From positions 1-48,126 of the IMG/VR virus record IMGVR_UViG_3300009678_000016: a stretch of 48,126 nucleotides of DNA; one strand, given 5' to 3'. The position numbers and the translations under genes were made by a program. This document shows, piece after piece, positions 43,013-48,126 of this stretch (the first letter of the stretch is position 1; the number at the start of each line of letters is the position of its first letter). Source of the stretch: a virus. Its lineage: Duplodnaviria; Caudoviricetes. A model generated the notes under the pieces. The model worked only from the letters and a program-made list of their open reading frames with translations. It searched no databases and was not told the origin of the DNA.

Positions 43013-45199
43013 GTGCCCAAGTCCTTCCAGATCCGCCTGCCTGAAGACGAACGCCGCAAGCTGATCGACCGCATTGAAACCGATTTCTCCGACGCCTCAA
43101 GCGCCACTACGCGGCATCGCGACCGCTGCCGATCCTGGATGCAAAAGTGGGAGAACCGGGTGTCGGCGGCGAACGCAGGCGACGAGTCGAAGCCCAACCA
43201 CACCGTCCCGCTGATCCAGTGGCAGTGCTTCAACAAGCTCGCCCGCGACATGCAGAGCTTGCTGGGCGACGATGCCGAAATCACCGGCAGAGCGGTGGGA
43301 CCCTCGGACGCCGGGAAGGTGCGCAAGGTCGGAAGGTACATGACCTCGCGGGTGTTCGATCAGATGGAAATCACCAATCCGCTGATCGTCTTCGAGTTCC
43401 GAAGAATCTTATTTGGCCACGCGGTGGCGCACCGGCCCTGGTACCGCAGGGAGTTCGACACCCTGGAACGCGGCAGGATCAAGCGCGTCTGCGATTACGA
43501 AGGCCCCGGCTTCTTCCCGTTAGAGCCCGACGACATTGTGACGCCGGGAGAGCGCGGGGTTACCTGCCTCCAGCAGTTCAGTTTCATCGGCCATCGGCGC
43601 AGAGTGACGGTCGACGAATTACAGCGCGGCGACGGAACGCTGTACCAGGGCACCTCGGATAAAGCCTTCGTACAGCGGGCGATTCAGTGGGCAAAGACGT
43701 CCGGCACAACCTCCGATTGGCAGCTTTTGAATCAGAACCAAGTACGCGACGAGCGCGAACGCTCCGAAGGAATCGACTACGACAACCCCCAGCAGGGATC
43801 GCGCGGACTGTGGATCTGGGATTGGTACGGAGCCTGGCGGCCGCTGAAGAAAGCAAAACGGGACGCGGAGATCGACGACCTGGAAAAGCGCCTGCCCTTT
43901 GAGGCGGACTGGTGCATCAGCTTCCTCCCCGGCATGCGCGAGATTGTAGGCTGCCGCGACCTGCTGGACCTGTACCCGAAGATGCGGCGCCGCCGGCCGT
44001 TCGTCGAATCGACGCTGATCAAGGACGGCACCTATCGGCCCAAGGGCTTCGGCGCGCTGCTCGAAGATCTGGAAGACGACGCGACGGCCAACAGCAGACT
44101 GTTTGCCGCGGCGGGCGAGCTGAGCGTGTGGCCCATCGTATTCTTCGAGCCCGGCTCAGGGTTTCAGCCCAAGGCGTTCAAAGTCGAACCGGGGCAGGCG
44201 ATTCCAACCACCAACGCGGCGGGCGTCAAAGTCGTGACCATCAATCCGAATCTCCAGTTCGGGCAAGTGCGGCAGCAGGAGATCATCACCAACTCGGAGC
44301 GGGTCACCGGCATCACGGATCAGAGTATGGGCAGGGCCTTGTCCCAGCCCAACGCGCCGCGAACCGCTACCGGCCAGATCGCGCTGATCGAGCAGGGGAA
44401 CGTGCGGGCGTGGCTCGATTCGACGGTGCTCAAAGAGGACATGGAGCGGGTAATCGGCGATTTCTGGGAGATGGAATGCGACCTGGGCGCGAAGAGCGGG
44501 CCCGGGCAATTCTTCCGCGTCACCGAGGAGCAATCGGGCGGCCTCTTCGACACGAAGCAGGGCGGCGCGTTCATGACCCCCAAGGAATTCGGCGGGCGCA
44601 TGGACTTCAAGCTGAAATTCGCCACCAGCGTATGGGCGCGGGAAGCCAAGAAGGCTCAATTCCTGGCCTTCTATCAGGTGGCCAGCGCGTCGCCGCTGGT
44701 AATGAGCAACCCGACCGCTCTATGGAGCTTACTCGACCGGCTGGCGCACGAATTCGGCATCGACGACTTCGAAAGCATCGTTCCGCGGCCGCCGGAGCTG
44801 GATCGGCCGAAGACTCCGGATCAGGAATGGACCCTCATGCTCGAAGGGGAAGAAGTCGAATGCAACCCGCAGGACCACGACGACCTGCACATTGCCCAGC
44901 ATTCGAAGCAGATCGACCTGGAGCGCCAGAACCCGGACCGCGACGACCAGGCCATCGGCTTCGGCATCCGCCATCTGATGAAGCACAAAGAACAGCAGCG
45001 GGTAAAGATGCTGATGCAGGCGCAGGTAACCGAAATCGTGAAGGGCATGCAGGACCCCGAGAACCCGCTGGGCCAGCAGATGGCCCAGCAGCTCGAACAG
45101 ATGGACATGGAGCAGCAGCAGGGCGGCGTACCCGGCGGCGATATGCAGCCAGGGCAGCAGATGCCGCCTGGAATGCCGCAGATGCCGGGAATGATGTAA
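43013..45199 (+). CDS. Portal protein (podovirus type)
   Basis: 728 aa after terL; ERVTGITDQSMG..RTATG motif; QDHDDLHI; Q/G/M/P-rich tail. Confidence 0.85.
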   Translation: MPKSFQIRLPEDERRKLIDRIETDFSDASSATTRHRDRCRSWMQKWENRVSAANAGDESKPNHTVPLIQWQCFNKLARDMQSLLGDDAEITGRAVGPSDAGKVRKVGRYMTSRVFDQMEITNPLIVFEFRRILFGHAVAHRPWYRREFDTLERGRIKRVCDYEGPGFFPLEPDDIVTPGERGVTCLQQFSFIGHRRRVTVDELQRGDGTLYQGTSDKAFVQRAIQWAKTSGTTSDWQLLNQNQVRDERERSEGIDYDNPQQGSRGLWIWDWYGAWRPLKKAKRDAEIDDLEKRLPFEADWCISFLPGMREIVGCRDLLDLYPKMRRRRPFVESTLIKDGTYRPKGFGALLEDLEDDATANSRLFAAAGELSVWPIVFFEPGSGFQPKAFKVEPGQAIPTTNAAGVKVVTINPNLQFGQVRQQEIITNSERVTGITDQSMGRALSQPNAPRTATGQIALIEQGNVRAWLDSTVLKEDMERVIGDFWEMECDLGAKSGPGQFFRVTEEQSGGLFDTKQGGAFMTPKEFGGRMDFKLKFATSVWAREAKKAQFLAFYQVASASPLVMSNPTALWSLLDRLAHEFGIDDFESIVPRPPELDRPKTPDQEWTLMLEGEEVECNPQDHDDLHIAQHSKQIDLERQNPDRDDQAIGFGIRHLMKHKEQQRVKMLMQAQVTEIVKGMQDPENPLGQQMAQQLEQMDMEQQQGGVPGGDMQPGQQMPPGMPQMPGMM

Positions 45200-45454
45200 A
45201 TGGAGCACGTACTCGATTCAGGCGACCTGGACAATATCCGCGAGACCCGCGCCACCCTCGGCCACGCGCTGATCTTCCTGCGCATCTCGGATGAAATCCG
45301 GCGGTGTCAGGAAAAACTGGAACAGCCACTGACCGAGCAGCAGACCAATTCCCTGCGCGGGCAGATCGCCGGTTTGCGGACGGCCCGCGAACTTCCGCAG
45401 ATCATCGAGACCGAAGCCGAGAACAATACCAAGGGGAAGACACATGCCGCGTAA
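45200..45454 (+). CDS. Small post-portal protein
   Basis: LRGQIAGLR..LP motif typical of this position. Confidence 0.7.
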   Translation: MEHVLDSGDLDNIRETRATLGHALIFLRISDEIRRCQEKLEQPLTEQQTNSLRGQIAGLRTARELPQIIETEAENNTKGKTHAA

Positions 45455-45674
45455 GAAGAAGGCCGCGCCGGTGGTTGACACAAAGCCCGTTGTGACAAGC
45501 AAAGAGCCGGAAGAGTTGACGGAACCCGAAACCACGCTGGCCCAACCGGAGCCCCCCGAAGCCGAAGCGCCCGCTGTGCACGAAGAACCGAAACGCCGTC
45601 TGACGGGCTATGAATTACAAGCCGGACTCCGCGAAGAGCGCCGCGTCAAACGCCTGAAACAGAGAGGTTACTAA
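45444..45674 (+). CDS. Hypothetical protein
   Basis: SD-like GGGGA; overlaps the previous gene. Confidence 0.55.
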   Translation: MPRKKKAAPVVDTKPVVTSKEPEELTEPETTLAQPEPPEAEAPAVHEEPKRRLTGYELQAGLREERRVKRLKQRGY

Positions 45675-45678
45675 GACC

Positions 45679-45849
45679 ATGTCGCAAAACGAAGAGTTGG
45701 AACAGTTGACCCTCGAAGCGAACCGGAAACAGATCGAGCAACAGGCGCGGGGCGCGGATACCAAGTCGAGGCTGCGCGAGCTACGCCGCGCGATCGCGAA
45801 CGCACGGGTAGCGCGGCAACTGGCCGGCCAGCCCGATCCCCACCGCTAA
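45679..45849 (+). CDS. Hypothetical 56-aa protein
   Basis: Manual translation MSQNEELEQLTLEANRKQ...; SD GAGG. Confidence 0.45.
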   Translation: MSQNEELEQLTLEANRKQIEQQARGADTKSRLRELRRAIANARVARQLAGQPDPHR

Positions 45850-45852
45850 TTT

Positions 45853-46212
45853 GTGAGTCCATCGCCTCTCATCACCGAGAGCTGTCCCTACTGCGCGCAC
45901 GCCCGCAGCCTCAACGACATCATGCCGTTTGCTGGCACCAAGATATGCCAGCAATGTTACCGGGCACACCGCGCAGCGCTCGAAGCTCTCTCCAATTCCC
46001 AGCCTCCGAAAGAGTGCAGCGAGTGCCACCTCACCTACCAGCAATTGCGCGACAGAGCAAGACTTGACGATAACCAGCCAGCCAGCATGGACTGTCACAA
46101 CGAGGCTGGAATCTACCGTTTCCTGTGCCGCAAGTGCAGCCGGGAGTACGTGAGAAAACGCTCCGAACTCTACGCCGATACCGAATTCGGCCACCAATTG
46201 AGGTTGAAATAA
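45853..46212 (+). CDS. Multi-CxxC Zn-binding protein
   Basis: Four CxxC pairs. Confidence 0.6.
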   Translation: MSPSPLITESCPYCAHARSLNDIMPFAGTKICQQCYRAHRAALEALSNSQPPKECSECHLTYQQLRDRARLDDNQPASMDCHNEAGIYRFLCRKCSREYVRKRSELYADTEFGHQLRLK

Positions 46213-46397
46213 TGCCGCACGACGCAGCCGGAAATCTGATTCAGAAGGGCGACCTGGTGAAAGTGACCTTCGTCGTCAAAGACGTTTACGCGAGCGATGA
46301 GTACTGTAACTGCTCGCTGGAAACGGTCGCACCGATGTATCCGGGCGAGCACAAAACAGCGCTCACGGTCAACACCAAGCAGGTTGTGAAGGAGTAA
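46212..46397 (+). CDS. Small hypothetical protein
   Basis: MPHDAAGNLIQKGD..YCNC; TAATG coupling. Confidence 0.6.
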   Translation: MPHDAAGNLIQKGDLVKVTFVVKDVYASDEYCNCSLETVAPMYPGEHKTALTVNTKQVVKE

Positions 46398-46399
46398 AT

Positions 46400-47251
46400 G
46401 TGTCAGTAGAAGCGGATGTCATCGAACGCGATGCGCCAGCCGGGCAGGTCCCTGAAGAAGGGCAGCCAGGCGACAAAGGCAAGGGTAAAGGCAAAGAGCC
46501 GGAGACCGTAACGCTCTCGAAGTCCGAAGTGGAATCCCTTCGGCGTGAACGCGACGAAGCACGCGAGTCCGAGCGCTACTGGTCCGACCGTGCGCGCGGC
46601 GCGGCAGAACCGGAAGAACCGAAAGAACCGGCCGATCCCGACGACGACGACCCCGACCCGGCCCAGGAAACCCTGGTGGACGATTTCAGCAGCACCGGCA
46701 TTGCTGCCCTGGTCAAGCGCGGCCTGGTCACCAAGAAAGACGCCAAGGCCCTGATCGAGAAAATCTCCGAGCGTGTAGCCACCAAGGTGGCGCGCCAGGT
46801 GGTTGGCCAGGCGCAGGCAAAAGCCACGGCGGACACCACCATCATGAGCGAGTTCGGAGATCTCAAAGACGAAAACTCCGAGCTGTTCAAACAAACGAAA
46901 CTCGAACTTGCGCGTCTCGGCAAGCTGCACCCCGGGCAGGCGCACACGGCGAAGGACCTGTACTCCGCCGCCTCCATCGCACAGACCAAGATCGACGCAA
47001 AGAAGCCGAAGGATCAGGGGCGCAACGGCAACGACGGCGAACGCTACGACTACCAGGACACCGAAGGCGAGGAAATCCGCAGGCTCCGGGTGGACAGCCA
47101 GGGCGGGGCCCGGGGACGCACGGCCCGGCAGGATATCGACGACGACATTCTGCCGCCGCAGACCAAGCAGGTGCTCGCCGGCATGTTCCCCGATAAGACG
47201 CCCGAAGAGCGCGAGAAAATCTTCCGGCGGGGACAGGGGAGGAGCAAGTAG
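46400..47251 (+). CDS. Putative capsid scaffolding protein
   Basis: SD AAGGAG; acidic, helical; between portal and MCP. Confidence 0.65.
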   Translation: MSVEADVIERDAPAGQVPEEGQPGDKGKGKGKEPETVTLSKSEVESLRRERDEARESERYWSDRARGAAEPEEPKEPADPDDDDPDPAQETLVDDFSSTGIAALVKRGLVTKKDAKALIEKISERVATKVARQVVGQAQAKATADTTIMSEFGDLKDENSELFKQTKLELARLGKLHPGQAHTAKDLYSAASIAQTKIDAKKPKDQGRNGNDGERYDYQDTEGEEIRRLRVDSQGGARGRTARQDIDDDILPPQTKQVLAGMFPDKTPEEREKIFRRGQGRSK

Positions 47252-47845
47252 ATGCCACGCAAGAAAATCCAGACCGGCTACACCGCCAGCGCTGCGCTAC
47301 CCGAATCCAAAATCTTTGGCGGCTCACCGGAAACCGACGAAGCCTTCAATGCGCGGCCCATCATGGACTGCCACGTCGGAGGCGTCCTCGTTCGCGATAT
47401 GCCCTTACTCACCCAGCGGCTGATTCACATGGACCAGACGGACGAAGGCTTTGTTGCGAAAAACGAAGGCCGCACGGGAGTAGGCGCCACGGTATCCGCC
47501 GAGCCTGCGGACAAGGCCGTCCAGGAGCGCCGCGACGACCTGCGCGCGCAGAAAGACCCACGTATGGCCCGCAACCCGATGAAGGACATCGAAACCAAAT
47601 ACACGCCTGTGGGCATGAAGGGCAAGTTCCTGCGATCGGGCGGCGAGACTAATCCCGACTATGAGCTGGTGAAGGACGCCAACGGCGCGCAGGTGAAGTA
47701 CAAAAATATGCCGTTCGGAATCCGGCCCATCGAAGACGTGAAAGACCGCACCGCCGAGATGCGAGAGCGCACCGCGAGCCGGTTGAAGGGTCTGACCAGG
47801 GAATTCAAAGAGAGCGATCCGGGCGTACCGGCGGCGGGCCAGTAA
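47252..47845 (+). CDS. Hypothetical head-region protein
   Basis: Coupled to the scaffold gene; precedes the capsid genes on the circle. Confidence 0.65.
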   Translation: MPRKKIQTGYTASAALPESKIFGGSPETDEAFNARPIMDCHVGGVLVRDMPLLTQRLIHMDQTDEGFVAKNEGRTGVGATVSAEPADKAVQERRDDLRAQKDPRMARNPMKDIETKYTPVGMKGKFLRSGGETNPDYELVKDANGAQVKYKNMPFGIRPIEDVKDRTAEMRERTASRLKGLTREFKESDPGVPAAGQ

Positions 47846-47850
47846 AAATC

Positions 47851-47889
47851 CCGGAGCGGAGTCTGTGAGTGCCCGCCCCGGTTTGTTGT
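47851..47889 (+). terminator. Possible intrinsic terminator
   Basis: CCGGAGCGG...CCGCCCCGG imperfect stem followed by TTTGTTGT, between convergent genes. Confidence 0.35.
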
Positions 47890-48003
47890 AGTGGTAAAGC
47901 CTCAATGTAGGCACCGCTAGCGTAGCAGGCTTCAGTTGCGCGCCGCCTCGACAACCTTCGCGCATTCGATGAGATATGCCGCGAGACTGCGCGCGGTGGC
48001 CGG

Positions 48004-48126
48004 ATCCAGTCCCACCCAGGGGACTCGAGTCCCGAACTCGATCCCCACGATACCCTCCGCCGGATCCGCTATAACGGCGATCGAGAGTTCGCCTCTGTCC
48101 TCGGCGCAGAGCTTGCCGCCCGGGAA
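48004..48126. repeat. Terminal direct repeat, copy 2
   Basis: Identical to 1-123. Confidence 0.95.

Noticed and set aside
47875-47947. tRNA-like stretch (TGTAGTGGTAAAGC resembles a D-arm)
   Set aside because: No GTTCRA T-loop, no convincing acceptor stem or CCA, and it overlaps the end of the junction-spanning ORF
48004-48126. Biological direct terminal repeat (T7-like DTR)
   Set aside because: It falls in the middle of a gene and its length is typical of assembler overlap; more likely a circular-assembly artefact

Overview
The window is an apparently complete, circularly closable genome (about 48,003 bp unique; 1-123 equals 48004-48126) of a GC-rich, short-tailed (podovirus-like) tailed phage, probably temperate or plasmid-like. 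The + strand late region runs from about 36.3 kb through the junction to 18.9 kb: lysis genes, terminase, portal, scaffold, capsid, three adaptor-like genes, tail tube/spike, GNAT and ejection proteins. The early region (19-36 kb, mostly - strand) has a divergent switch-like promoter pair, a Rep-like gene with internal iteron-like repeats, a Cre-like tyrosine recombinase and a serine resolvase. I recognised no polymerase, helicase or classical CI. Two genome-wide signals stand out. (1) A phage-encoded FliA/sigma28-like sigma factor together with 10 GGCGATA[A/C/T] boxes, most of them 6-9 nt before start codons lacking an obvious SD, which suggests a private leaderless late regulon. (2) A 27-bp asymmetric motif, CCGCGCCCCMCGAGYRGAWBGTTCAAA, present 7 times, always in the same orientation and about 4-11 kb apart, regardless of gene direction; its function is unknown. 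All product calls come from motif recognition by eye; no database searches were run.
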